Assembly (NCBI GenBank): GCA_964291295.2
Contig: OZ219754.1
Span: 928,001-992,000 of the forward strand
DNA length: 64,000 nt
Direction of reading: 5' to 3'
Source: an uncultured Candidatus Binatia bacterium
GTDB lineage: Bacteria > Desulfobacterota > Binatia > UBA9968 > JAJDTQ01
Numbering within the stretch: the first letter of the stretch is position 1; every line of letters starts with the position of its first letter. The position numbers and the translations under genes were made by a program. This document shows, piece by piece, positions 49,012 to 62,992 of this stretch. The notes beneath the pieces are model-generated. The model made no database searches. It worked only from the letters and a program-made list of their open reading frames with translations, and was not told where the DNA came from.

Positions 49012-50169
49012 GTGACCCGTGTCTCCATCAATCCCGAACTCCTCCGCTGGGCGCGCGAACGCGCCGGCGTGGCGCAGGAAGACTTGGCCGTTCGGTTCAA
49101 GAAGTTGCCTGCGTGGGAAACCGGCCAGGAGCGGCCCACGCTGAAGCAGGTGGAGGCGTTTGCCCACGCCGTCCATGTGCCAGTCGGCTATCTGTTCCTC
49201 TCGGAGCCGCCGGAGGAGGTCGTGCCCATCCCGGACTTCCGTACTTTTGCCGGCCACGCGACCACGCGGCCCAGCCCCAACCTGCTGGACACGATCTACG
49301 CCTGCCAGGAGCGGCAGAGCTGGTATCGGGACTTCGCCCGCGTCGCTGGGGAGTCGGAGCTCGGTTTTGTCGGCAGCGCGTCGGCGGAGGCGTCCCCTGA
49401 ACTGGTCGCGGCCGAGATGCGGGAGACCTTGGGTTTCGATTTGGTTGCCCGCCGAGAGTGTTTGACCTGGACCGACGCGCTGCGATTGTTCATCCGCAAA
49501 GCCGACGAGGCCGGTGTCCTCGTCATGGTGAGCGGTATCGTGATGAGCGACAACCACCGCCATCTCGATCCGGCCGAGTTCCGCGGCTTCGCAATTTGCG
49601 ATCCGCTCGCGCCGCTGGTTTTCGTCAACGGCAAGGACACGAAGGCAGCACAGATGTTCACGCTTGCCCACGAACTCGCACACGTCTGGCTCGGCGCCTC
49701 GGCCCTGTCGAACCTCGGTGCCGTGCCGGGAGCGGATTTCCGGCTCGAGGAGGTGTGGTGTAATGCGGTGGCGGCTGAGCTTCTGGTGCCACTGCATGCC
49801 TTGCGATCCGATCTGCGACGCAACGAACCGTTGCCGGACACGCTGGCCCGGTTGGCCCGCACTTTCAAGGTCAGCACGTTGGTCATCCTGCGCCGCCTGC
49901 TCGACTCGGGCTGGCTGAACCGCACGAGGTTTGACACCGCCTGGGCGCAAGAGAATGAACGTTTGCGGCGGCTCGTCCATGCGGGCGGTATTGCCGGCGG
50001 TGACTTCTATCGCACGACCGTCGCACGGGTCGGACGCCGGTTCGTACGCGCACTGGTGGCAAGCACGCTTGAGGGGCAGACGCTCTATCGAGACGCATTC
50101 CGGATGTTGGGCGTCAACAAGACCGAGACCTTCAACAATCTCGGGCGCGAAGCCAGGGTGATGGGATGA
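49012..50169 (+). CDS. XRE-HTH + ImmA/IrrE (COG2856) zinc metallopeptidase
   Basis: LRWARERAG...WETGQERPTLKQ, PDFRT, FRGFA, FTLAHELAH, EVWCNAVAAELLVP. Confidence 0.92.
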   Translation: MTRVSINPELLRWARERAGVAQEDLAVRFKKLPAWETGQERPTLKQVEAFAHAVHVPVGYLFLSEPPEEVVPIPDFRTFAGHATTRPSPNLLDTIYACQERQSWYRDFARVAGESELGFVGSASAEASPELVAAEMRETLGFDLVARRECLTWTDALRLFIRKADEAGVLVMVSGIVMSDNHRHLDPAEFRGFAICDPLAPLVFVNGKDTKAAQMFTLAHELAHVWLGASALSNLGAVPGADFRLEEVWCNAVAAELLVPLHALRSDLRRNEPLPDTLARLARTFKVSTLVILRRLLDSGWLNRTRFDTAWAQENERLRRLVHAGGIAGGDFYRTTVARVGRRFVRALVASTLEGQTLYRDAFRMLGVNKTETFNNLGREARVMG

Positions 50170-50672
50170 GCGTCTGTCTCATCGATTCGAAGTTCTTCAT
50201 TCAGGCCAGGAATCTGCACTATGGTTTCGATTTCTGCCCCGCATTCCGGGACTGGCTGGTTGCGCAGAACGGCGCGGGCACGGTAGCGAGCATCAAGAAG
50301 GTCGCGGACGAACTGCAAGCCGGAGACGGCGAGTTGGCGAAGTGGGCCGCAGTTCGGGGCAGCGGATTTTTACTGCCACCAGATGGCACGGTGTTGCCTG
50401 CGCTTCACGCCGTGAGCGACTGGGCGAGCCGCCACGGATGCTAGCCAGCGGCGGTCTCAACCTTTCTGCAGGTTGCGGACTACTGGCTTGTCGCACATGC
50501 GTTGGCTCACGAATGCATCGTCGTCACGCACGAAGTCCCGGCCGACACCACCCGCAAGATCAAGATTCCGAACGCCTGCATCGGTCTCGGCATCCGCTGC
50601 ATGACCCCCTATGAAATGCTTCGCCGGGAGCGCGCGAGGTTTGTCTTGGGAACGGGCAGGGTGGCGGCCTGA
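50166..50672 (+). pseudogene. DUF4411 PIN-like toxin interrupted by one in-frame TAG (50442-50444)
   Basis: FIQARNLHYGFDFCPAF...*PAAVSTFLQVADYWLVAHA...VVTHE...KIKIPNAC...ARFVL continues in frame to TGA at 50672. Confidence 0.85.
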
Positions 50673-50890
50673 TGGCCAGAGTCACCGAATGCGAGGCGGA
50701 AGACGCCGCTTTCGATTGGCTGGCCGGGCTGGACCATGCTGTTTTGCACGGTGCGGAGGTCGGCCCGGATGGTCCGACGCTGGGGCGTAGCAGCTGCGAT
50801 GAGGTGCCCTTGACCAGTCGGCTCCGCGGTGCGCTCGCACGCCTCAACCCGCACCTGTCCACGGAGACGCTGGAGGATGCGTCGTTCAAA
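50672..50890 (+). pseudogene. hsdR 5' fragment 1 (about 73 codons)
   Basis: TECEAEDAAFDWLAGL...HGAEVGPD...RLRGALARLNPHL aligns with the HsdR N-terminus at 55999. Confidence 0.85.
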
Positions 50891-50994
50891 GTGTGGCAAA
50901 CTTCGACGGGGGCGTGGGACGAGCCATGCCGGTGCGCTGCTGTTGCGACCGATGATCGCACGCAGCCGCCCCCAACTGTAAAGGATATTTGAGG

Positions 50995-52272
50995 ATGCAC
51001 TATGTCAATTCTGTCATTCCTTTGATGAAAGGGCCAATGGAATTGCGTTGCGGCGATGACAAGAGGCCTGGAGGCCCCACTGTTTCGGTTGTAGCCGAGA
51101 TGCCACTGTCACCGATGCCGCGTGTTCTTATCAAAATCCCACATCAAAGGCATCTGGGTATGCTTGATGAGAGTCCAGATCATGAAAAAACCGTCAGAAT
51201 GCGGCTGCTTGGCAGTTCGACGGATTTTGAAGGGTTTGAGGTACTTAAGAGGAAGACTGATTTCATGAACCAGACCACGACAGTCGAGCCGTCCCAGGAG
51301 CCGGTGACTACGAGAGATGCGGGCAGGCGTATGAGTAAAGTTCAATTTTCCATCATAAATTTCCCGAGCCAGCAAAAAGTATCGATAGACGTTTGCGTTG
51401 TTCCAGACTTGTGGAGAATAGAAATCACGCCCAAAGCGGAACTGGAAAAGACCCTAAAGGTGTTGAAATCCAATGGCGGATACGGACTCACACACGATGG
51501 AGTTCTCCAGAGGTCGGATGGCGGAATGTTCTCCGTCGGAGAATCTGAGGTACTCCTGAGAACTCTCTATTTTTTCCTGTCGTTCGCCCGGGGAGGGCGT
51601 TGCGGTGTGGGGCTCGCGAAGGGCTGGGATGAGGCGTGCAAAGAGGTTTGGACCCAGTGGGGAAGCTATCCCACGCATCCGTGGGTTTGGCTGTCCTCAT
51701 GGCTGGACCATCAGCGTAACAACGAAGCCAGTCTCGCTGAAGCATTCGCTGGTTTTTGGCGCAAGTTCAAGAATAAACTGTCTCCGACAGAGAACCCAAT
51801 TCTCATGGCGTTATACTGGTATATGCGGGCGAACGAGTCTGGCGACGACCCATATACAGCCATAATCTTAGTTCAGGCGGCTCTCGAAAGGCTATCGTGC
51901 GAGGTTCTGTCGGCCTCAGAGCCGAGCGTGAAGGGTGGACAGAGAGAGAAAATCAGTGCGGCATGTAAAATCAGCAAGGCACTTCGGGAGGCACACATCG
52001 ATGCGGCTGTTCCCGCGAAGTGCAAAGAGTTGTTGGCTCTAAAGAAAAAGGATGGTCCCCATCTACTAGCTTACATACGGAACGATCTCGTTCATTCCAG
52101 GATGGACCGATACATGTCCCCGGAAGCGTACATGCAGGCTCGAGAGCTGGGCTTGTGGTATGTCGAACTGCTGCTATTGCGGCTGATTGATTATAAAGGA
52201 CAATACGCCAATCGGATTACCTATATGTACAAAGACAGAAAGGAGCCCGAGCTCGTTCCTTGGGCATGTTGA
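50995..52272 (+). CDS. ApeA-like HEPN-domain protein
   Basis: LYFFLSFARG, ALYWY..AN, QAALERL, HEPN-like RNDLVH; markedly lower GC; start uncertain. Confidence 0.7.
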   Translation: MHYVNSVIPLMKGPMELRCGDDKRPGGPTVSVVAEMPLSPMPRVLIKIPHQRHLGMLDESPDHEKTVRMRLLGSSTDFEGFEVLKRKTDFMNQTTTVEPSQEPVTTRDAGRRMSKVQFSIINFPSQQKVSIDVCVVPDLWRIEITPKAELEKTLKVLKSNGGYGLTHDGVLQRSDGGMFSVGESEVLLRTLYFFLSFARGGRCGVGLAKGWDEACKEVWTQWGSYPTHPWVWLSSWLDHQRNNEASLAEAFAGFWRKFKNKLSPTENPILMALYWYMRANESGDDPYTAIILVQAALERLSCEVLSASEPSVKGGQREKISAACKISKALREAHIDAAVPAKCKELLALKKKDGPHLLAYIRNDLVHSRMDRYMSPEAYMQARELGLWYVELLLLRLIDYKGQYANRITYMYKDRKEPELVPWAC

Positions 52273-52284
52273 CGAGAGTGACGA

Positions 52285-52399
52285 ATGAACCGCTATTCCG
52301 CCGAGTCCGAGGTAGAGGCCGCTGCCCTCGAATGGCTTGCGAGTCTCGGCCGGTGGGGTCGTCCAAGATCCAGATATTGTTCCCGACACGCTCGGTACC
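52285..52399 (+). pseudogene. hsdR 5' fragment 2 (about 38 codons, frameshifted)
   Basis: [16 protein letters not shown] is nearly identical to Hsd[17 protein letters not shown]; after a shift it reads DPDIVPDT versus GPDIAPDM. Confidence 0.85.
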
Positions 52400-52565
52400 T
52401 ATTGGGACGGGATTGTTGCTTATTGCTACCATCGGGAATTTCGTTGCGGGAGTTGCGGAAGCTGGTTTGCGTTGCCAAGTTGAGAAATAGTTCGCTGCTT
52501 GCCTCTTGAAACTTGGACCGCCTGGTTGACGGGAAGCAAACCGCCCGATCTTCGGAGATAGTGCA

Positions 52566-53804
52566 ATGAGTGTAATGACCCCCGAACACAACGCACCGCC
52601 GCGGATGGAGCGCCTCAAGGTGCGAAATTTCCGCGCATTGCGCGACGTCGAGTTCAAGCACCTGACGCCGCTTACCGTGTTGATCGGGCCAAACGGCAGC
52701 GGAAAGTCCACGGTGTTCGACGTGTTCGCCTTTCTCGCCGAGTGTTTCGAGGGCGGTTTGCGCCGGTCGTGGGAGAAACGCGGCAAGGCGAGAGAGTTGA
52801 AATCGCGTGGCGGAGAAGGCCCGATTCTGATCGAAATTGCCTACCGCGAACAGCCACACAAGCCGCTGATCACCTATCACCTCGAACTGGACGAGAGACA
52901 CGGGCGGCCTGTGGTGAAGCGGGAATGGCTGGGCTGGAAGCGTGGAAGCGATGGGAGACCGTTCAATTTTCTCGACTATGCCGAGGGAGGTGGGCGCGTC
53001 GTTTCGGGTGAACTGCCGGATGCCGATGACGAGCGGATCGAAGTGCCCTTGAGTTCTCCCGACATCCTTGCGGTCAACGCACTGGGCCAGTTGGCCGAGA
53101 ATCCCCGCGTCGTCGCGCTGCGCAATTTCATCATGGGATGGCATGTGGCCTGTCTTTCGTCGGAGGAGGCCAGGGGAGAGCCCGAGGCCGGGCCTCAGGA
53201 ACGTCCGAGCAGGGCTGGAGACAACTTGGCCGATGTGATCCAGTACCTGTCCGACGAGCATCCCGAACGCCTGGAGTTCATTTTCGGCAAGCTCAGGGAC
53301 AGGATTCCCAAGTTCGAGGCCTTGACCGCGAATCCAATGCCGGATGGCAGGCTGCTGATGCGGATCAAGGATGCCCCGTTTGCCGAGCCGGTCATGGCTC
53401 GGTTCGCGTCGGATGGCACGCTCAAGATGCTCGCCTGCCTGACCTTGCTGCACGACCCGGTTCCGGCTCCGTTTATTGGCATCCAGGAGCCGGAGAATTT
53501 TCTGCATCCCCGCCTGCTGTACGGGCTGGCGGAAGAATGCCGAGAGGCGGCCGGGTCCACACATGTCCTCGTGACCACGCATTCACCGTTCTTTCTCGAC
53601 GCGCTGCGGCCTGATGAAGTGCGGGTGCTTTGGCGCGGCGAGGACGGCTACACGCGATGTCACTCCCTGAAAGATGACGAAAAGGTCAGGGCGTTCATGG
53701 ATGCCGGCGCCCAGTTGGGTCATCTCTGGATGGAAGGGCAGTTCGGGGTCGGAGACCCGTTGACCGAGTGCGGAATGCCCGCTCAGGGTGGAGGCGGAAA
53801 CTGA
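52566..53804 (+). CDS. AAA_21/AbiEii-like ABC ATPase (Walker B altered)
   Basis: [39 protein letters not shown]. Confidence 0.88.
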   Translation: MSVMTPEHNAPPRMERLKVRNFRALRDVEFKHLTPLTVLIGPNGSGKSTVFDVFAFLAECFEGGLRRSWEKRGKARELKSRGGEGPILIEIAYREQPHKPLITYHLELDERHGRPVVKREWLGWKRGSDGRPFNFLDYAEGGGRVVSGELPDADDERIEVPLSSPDILAVNALGQLAENPRVVALRNFIMGWHVACLSSEEARGEPEAGPQERPSRAGDNLADVIQYLSDEHPERLEFIFGKLRDRIPKFEALTANPMPDGRLLMRIKDAPFAEPVMARFASDGTLKMLACLTLLHDPVPAPFIGIQEPENFLHPRLLYGLAEECREAAGSTHVLVTTHSPFFLDALRPDEVRVLWRGEDGYTRCHSLKDDEKVRAFMDAGAQLGHLWMEGQFGVGDPLTECGMPAQGGGGN

Positions 53805-53805
53805 T

Positions 53806-53904
53806 ATGGCCGCCTCCCATCTCCAGGTTCAGCCTCCCATTTCGGGGTTCACGTGGAAGAGTCAAGTGGAGGAAGTCTCGGTGGAGGCGTTTCTTGCCGT
53901 CTGA
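53806..53904 (+). pseudogene. Remnant of the ATPase partner gene (DUF4276/TOPRIM-like N-terminus)
   Basis: MAASHLQV...VEEVSVEAFLAV* resembles the HLxxLVEExSxEAFL start; contains internal micro-duplications. Confidence 0.5.
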
Positions 53905-53930
53905 CCGTGCGCAAGCGAGAACACTGATCC

Positions 53931-55670
53931 ATGACCATCAGCGACGAGGAAATTCGCCGGCAATTGTGTTTGAGTGAAGACAGCCTCTGGGAGTTCAAGC
54001 AGATCGAATTCAACGGTGATACCCCTACCCGCCCTCGCAGAGACGATCTTGCCGATGAGCTGGGCGCCTTCGCCAACGCGGATGGCGGCGTGCTTCTGTG
54101 CGGTGTGTCCGACGACGGACGGATCCAGGGGATGTCCCGGAAACAGATGGAAGCGGTGGACCGCCTGCTGGTGGAAGTCGGCACCAACTCCATACGGCCC
54201 GCTCTGCGCATCCGGGTTTATCATCGGGAACTTGATGGAAGAGCTTTCGTGCTCGTGGAAGTGCCGCGGGGCGATGCGGTCCACGAGCGGGACGGGCGCG
54301 CGTTCATCCGTGTTGGTTCGAGCAAGCGCCGTCTGGACCACGACGAACGGCTGAGGCTGGCACAAAGGCGCGCACAGAGCCGCTACTTGTGGTTCGACAG
54401 GCAGGTCGTGCCGCAGACCGGCTTCGAGACCCTCGGCGAGCGTCTCTGGGAACCGCTCCTCAGCGTGTCCGGAGCGGTGGACCCGCGCCGGGGTCTGCTG
54501 AATCTTCGCCTGTTGGCGCAGGACGAAGCCGGTAGGCTCCGGGCCACTGTCGCGGGCGTACTGCTTTGTGCCCGGTCGCCACAGGACTGGTTGCCGCAAG
54601 CCGCCATTGTGGCGACACACTATCGTGGAGAAGATCGTGCCTCCGGTCAGTTGGATGCTCAGGAAATTGTCGGTCCACTACCCGTCCAGATCGCCGACGC
54701 GGTGAAGTTCGTCGTGCGCAATATGCGCGTTGCGGCGCGCAAGGCACCGCAGCGCGAGGACATGCCGCAGTACAGCACGGCCGCGGTGTTTGAAGCCGTG
54801 GTGAACGCCGTGGCACACCGCGACTATTCCATCTCCTCGCGGCGCATCAGACTCTCGATGTTCAGGGACCGCCTCGAGATCGACTCGCCCGGTCCGCTTC
54901 CCAATGGCATGACCCTGGACGGCATGGAGGCAAGCCAGGCAACCCGCAACGAAGTGATCGCTTCCGTGTTCGGGAGGATTCCCGTTGGCGATATCCCCGG
55001 ATCGAACCATCGCGGCTACTTGATGGAACGTCGGGGAGACGGCGTGTCGATCATTCACAAGGAGACCCGGGAAACCGCCGGTGCCCCGCCGGAATACCAT
55101 GTCGTTGACGGCTCCAACGTCGTGCTGAGCATCCCCGCGGCCAGACTCGAACTTGTCCCCGCCGACGCCACGGTCACGGTGCACTCGGGAGGAGCGCCCC
55201 TGGTTGGAGTCGAGGTTCTGGCACTTTTTCCGAACAAGACATGGCGGCGGGCAACTACCGACGAGGTTGGCGAGGCGGTTCTTGATCTGTATACGACAAA
55301 CCTTCCGATGACCGTATACGCCGCGGCCCCGGGGTATGCGGCGGGGCTCCAACGGGAATGGCGTCCGCACCGGGGAGGGCTGCTGCTGGAACTCGGCCCG
55401 CTCCCGTCCGGGGGCGCGGTTATTTTCCCCCAAGACACCGGGCATCTCCCCGGCCTGCGGGGGCGGCTGAATCCGATACGCGACACCTCTGACCGGACGT
55501 ATCTGTACGCGGACAATGTCTCTATTGAGGAGGGACGACAGCAGCCCGTGCCCTTTCGGCTGGGCAAGGCATTGCGGCTGGTGGACGCGCACGGCGCCGA
55601 GTTGTCGGTAACCATCGTGGACATTGTCGGACGTTCCGCATTGGTGGAATATCGGCGGGACAAGTCATGA
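53931..55670 (+). CDS. Schlafen/AlbA_2 domain + RecG-C/HATPase-like protein with an extra beta-rich C-terminal domain
   Basis: EDSLWEFK, AFANADGGVLLCGVSDDG, EAVVNAVAHRDYS, RLEIDSPG, MERRGDG. Confidence 0.87.
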   Translation: MTISDEEIRRQLCLSEDSLWEFKQIEFNGDTPTRPRRDDLADELGAFANADGGVLLCGVSDDGRIQGMSRKQMEAVDRLLVEVGTNSIRPALRIRVYHRELDGRAFVLVEVPRGDAVHERDGRAFIRVGSSKRRLDHDERLRLAQRRAQSRYLWFDRQVVPQTGFETLGERLWEPLLSVSGAVDPRRGLLNLRLLAQDEAGRLRATVAGVLLCARSPQDWLPQAAIVATHYRGEDRASGQLDAQEIVGPLPVQIADAVKFVVRNMRVAARKAPQREDMPQYSTAAVFEAVVNAVAHRDYSISSRRIRLSMFRDRLEIDSPGPLPNGMTLDGMEASQATRNEVIASVFGRIPVGDIPGSNHRGYLMERRGDGVSIIHKETRETAGAPPEYHVVDGSNVVLSIPAARLELVPADATVTVHSGGAPLVGVEVLALFPNKTWRRATTDEVGEAVLDLYTTNLPMTVYAAAPGYAAGLQREWRPHRGGLLLELGPLPSGGAVIFPQDTGHLPGLRGRLNPIRDTSDRTYLYADNVSIEEGRQQPVPFRLGKALRLVDAHGAELSVTIVDIVGRSALVEYRRDKS

Positions 55671-55880
55671 AAGCAGTCATGAATGAAACCATGAAAGGAT
55701 CCGTCCCGGGAGCCATCAGGGGGTCCATGAAGGAACCCATCGCGGGGTCCTTGAACCGGTCATCCCCGGTGCTGGAGATCACCACGAACGGGAACGATCC
55801 TTTCGCGAATGGCCGCATCGGTATCGATCCGCGTTGCATCAACCCCCGTGCGGAGCGGTCACGGAAACGGTCGAAGTTCG

Positions 55881-55981
55881 TGCCGAAACCCGACATGCCG
55901 AAACCCGACATGCCGAAACCCGACCTGCTGAAACTTGACCTGCCGAAATCCGACCTGCCAAAATCCGACCTGCCAAAATCC
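55881..55981 (+). repeat. 15-bp tandem repeat TGCCGAAACCCGACM (about 7 copies) just upstream of hsdR
   Basis: Units at 55881, 55896, 55911, 55926, 55941, 55956, 55971; degenerate 12-bp units also at 55667-55760. Confidence 0.9.
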
Positions 55982-55998
55982 AAAACGGTGCCGGCCTG

Positions 55999-59133
<3,135 letters not shown>

Positions 59134-59439
59134 TACTCCAACCGCAAGTCAATGTCCGTCCGGCATCCGGGCGGTTCTCGTATCAGTGGCATCGGGCCGG
59201 CCGAGGGTTTGTCATCGGAAGTTGTCCGCGGCACTGCGGCCCCGCGGGCCGTCCGAAGACGGAGCGAGGCGGCCTCCGGGAACCGGAAGCTGCCGAGAGC
59301 GGCGGCGGGACGATCCGGCAGCCCGGGCGGGTGCCGGACGAGGCTTGCGTGGCACCGGCCGGGTCACTCGGAATACGGTGCCGGAATGCGCGTCCGCTCG
59401 GGGCGTTGGGCGACGGCTCGTTACAAGAAAGGCGTGCGC

Positions 59440-62400
59440 ATGGCGTTGAGAGCCTTTGAAACGGATGACCTCGAGCGCGCGGTGGGGCCTCTATCTCGGT
59501 CACGCGCGGGCGGGACTATTTCAAGCGCGGCAAGGTGCTCCGGGTCGAGTTCGATTCGCGCGGCTGGATCCACGGGGAGGTTTCGGGCACTCGGCGGAAG
59601 CCCTGCACGGTCGTGGCCGAATGCGAGACAGGAAGCGGCGGGAGGCTGCTCTCGGTGGAAGGTCAATGCTCCTGTCCGGTCGGCTACAACTGCAAGCACA
59701 TCGCCGCCGTTCCGCTCGCCGCCCGGGAGCTGTTGCCGGGGGGGCATGACCGTCGCATGAGCGCGCGTGGGGTGATTTCGGACGATGTCCGGATCTGGCT
59801 CGCCCGATGGCCCAACGGAACCGCCGCCGCGGCCGCGCCCCGTACCTCCGGCCCGCCGGAGCCCGGCCGGGTCCATCTGTTCTACGTCATCCGGATGGAT
59901 GCACAGCACCGCATGGGCATCGAGCCCCACTGCGCCCTACTCAACAAGGACGGCACCATCGACAACAGTACCGAGCGTCTCGAACGGCACTCGATCTGGA
60001 CCCGGGGAAACCTGACGGTTCAGGATGCCGGTCTTCTCGGCAGGCTCTCCCTGTTCGCGGGGGAGAGTTACCGGCCATGCAGTTCGTGGCCTGACGGGGC
60101 GGTCCTGGTCGATCTCGTGCGCGAAATCGTCGAGACCGGCCGCGCACGCCTTCACGACATCCATGGCCCCGCACTGTCCTGGGCCGAGCCGCGCCACTGC
60201 GAGTTCGTCCGGGAGATCGACGAGTCCGGGACGCAGCATGTGGCGGTACGCGATCGGAACGGGTCCGCGTTGACCCTGCTGCCGTTTCCGACACCACTCG
60301 TCGTGGAGCCCGCGACCGGCCGGACGAGCGTCGCCGCCACATCGCTTTCGCACCGGCTGGCCGCGTGGCTCGCGGAGGCGCCGCCGGTGCCGCACGGAGC
60401 GGTCGATGCGGTGGCCAGGAAACTGTCGCAGGTCAGCAAGCACGCTCGGTTCCCCCGGATTTTGCAAGTGGAGGAACGCACTGGTGTCGTCCCGGAACCG
60501 GTTCTGATCCTCTATGGGCATGAGCCGAAAGTCATGTCGTCCGGCCCCGGCGCACCTCGCCGCCGACGTCCGGACACGGACGGCTCGATGGTCTGGCCGT
60601 TCGCCCGCCTGGAGATGGCCTATGCGGGCGCCCGCGAGCGCGTGCGGCCCGGCAAGGGCGGCGACCTGCGGATGGTCGGCGAAGACGCTGTGGTACTCCG
60701 GCGGGGCCATGAGCGAGAAGCCGCGTTCTCGGCGCGTCTTCAGGAAGTCGTGGACGCTTGGCGCTCCACGCTCGGGCCGCTGCGCCCTTCCAGGCTCGAA
60801 CTGTTGCGCCATCCCAATCTCAGTGCGCCGCGCGAAGCTCGCGAGGCCGATGTCATCTTCCCGCTCCCGAGGCACGAGGAGATGGGTCGATCCGGGGGAG
60901 GTCTCGGCTTCGTCCTGAGAGCGGTCCCACAACTCCAAGCCGAAGGCTGGCGCGTCGAGGTTGACGAGTCATGGCGGTTGCGGCTGCACGAGGGGGCGGT
61001 GGCATTCTCGACGTCCCTCCAACCCGCGGCCGAGGACTGGTTCTCGGTCTGCCTGTCGCTGGAGGCGAACGGCCAGCGGTTCGACATGACGCCGCTCCTC
61101 CTGCAGATGATCGAAGATCTGCCGGCCGACGAAGGGGGTCAGTTGGAGCCAGGGTTCGACATCAAGCGCCACTTGGCCGACAAGTTGTTTCACGCACGGC
61201 TTGAGGACGGCTCCTGGCTCGTCCTCGACGGCTCCCGGCTCGCACCGTTCGCCGAAGCGTTTCTCGAAGCGCAGGGGCTGCTGGAGTTCAATCGGGCCGA
61301 TGCGGCCAGCCTGTTCGATTTGGCCGAAGAGCTGGAGGGTTGCGGCGCGCCGTGGACCGGCGGACGGGAGTTCCTCGATCTGGGCGCACGGCTCCGGTCG
61401 CTTGCCGAGGCGCCGGAGCAGCCGGCACCGGCTGCGTTGCAGGGAGAACTGCGTCCCTACCAGCGCGCCGGCTACGGCTGGCTCAAGGCGCTCTCTTCGA
61501 CCGGCTTCGGCGGGGTGCTGGCCGACGACATGGGGCTTGGCAAGACATTGCAGGCGCTCGCGCTGCTGGCACACCGGCATCTGGAAGAGAAGACGCCGCT
61601 TCCGAGCCTCCTGGTGGTGCCGACGAGCCTGGTTGGCAACTGGCGGCGCGAAGCCGCGCGCTTCGTGCCCGACCTGAAGCTGCCGGTGCTGCACGGCCCC
61701 GACCGGCAGCGGCGATTCGCGGAAATCCCCGGGCATCACCTGGTCATCACCACCTATCCGCTGCTCAGCCGGGACCACGCGGCGCTGTTCGGCCATGACT
61801 ATGACATCGCGGTGCTGGACGAGGCGCAGGCGGTGAAGAATCCGACGGCGGCCGTCTCGAAACGCATACGGGAGGTCCGCGCCCGCCAGCGCCTGGCGCT
61901 GACCGGGACGCCGCTGGAAAACAATCTCCTGGAGCTCTGGACGCTCTACGACTGGCTGGTTCCGGGGCTGCTCGGCAACCGCAAGAGCTTCACGGCGGCG
62001 TTCCGGACCCCCCATCGAGAAGCATGGCGACCGCGCTCGGCAGCGGCAGCTCTCGATCCGGGTGAAGCCCTTTCTGATGCGGCGCAGCAAGGAAGAGGTG
62101 GCCCCCGAACTGCCGGAAAAGACGGTGATCGACGAGATGGTGCCGCTCGAAGGCGCCCAGGCCGCGCTGTACGAGAGCATCCGGACGGTGATGGACCGGC
62201 GGGTTCGGGAGGCCATCGCCGTGCGGGGTCTGGCGGCGTCGCGCATGGCGATCCTCGACGCGCTGCTCAAGCTGCGCCAGGTCTGTTGCGATCCGGGTCT
62301 GGTGAAGCTCGACGCAGCCCGCAAGGTAACCGCCAGCGCCAAGCGGGCGCGCCTTCTCGCGTTGCTGGACGAGCTGGTCGCCAAGGGGCGCAAGGTGCTG

Positions 62401-62862
62401 GTCTTCTCCCAGTTCGTGGAGATGCTGAAGCTGATCGAACGGGACATCACCGCGCGCGGCTGGGACTACGCCATGCTGCACGGTGCGACCAGGAAGCGCG
62501 ACGCGCAGGTGGCGGCATTCCAGTCGGGCAACCTGCCGCTGTTCCTGGTGAGCCTGAAGGCCGGCGGCACGGGCCTCAATCTGACCGCGGCCGACACGGT
62601 GATCATCTACGATCCCTGGTGGAATCCGGCGGTGGAGCGTCAGGCCATGGACCGGGCGCACCGCATCGGCCAGGGCAAGCCGGTCTTCGTCCATCGGCTG
62701 GTGGCCGAGAGCACCGTCGAGGCGGCAATCCAGTGGATGCAGGCGCGCAAGCAGGGCCTGACCGACGCGCTGTTCGAGGGCACGGGCCAAGGGCCGCTGG
62801 CGCTGACGGGCGAGGATATCGATGCGCTGTTCGGGCCGGCGCCTACGGCCCCCGGCCCGTGA
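59440..62862 (+). pseudogene. SWIM zinc-finger SNF2 helicase with two frameshifts
   Basis: CSCPVGYNCKH, LRPYQ, LADDMGLGKT, DEAQ, LTGTPLENN, then LVFSQF, SLKAGGTGLNL, DPWWNP, DRAHRIGQ; frameshifts near 59500 and at the C6 run 62008-62013. Confidence 0.88.
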
Positions 62863-62992
62863 ACGCAGCGGAAGGAAGCCGCCGGAACAAGAAGGCCGCG
62901 GAGGCCGGGGGCGGAAATGACGCAGACGACGGAGCGCGGCGCTGGCACGAGACCTGGAAGAAGCCGTGCGAGGCGGCCGAGGCCATCCGTCA

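Noticed and set aside
50442-50444. Pyrrolysine or recoded TAG
   Set aside because: TAG serves as the normal stop for purH, purE, gdhA and others, and no pyl genes are present.
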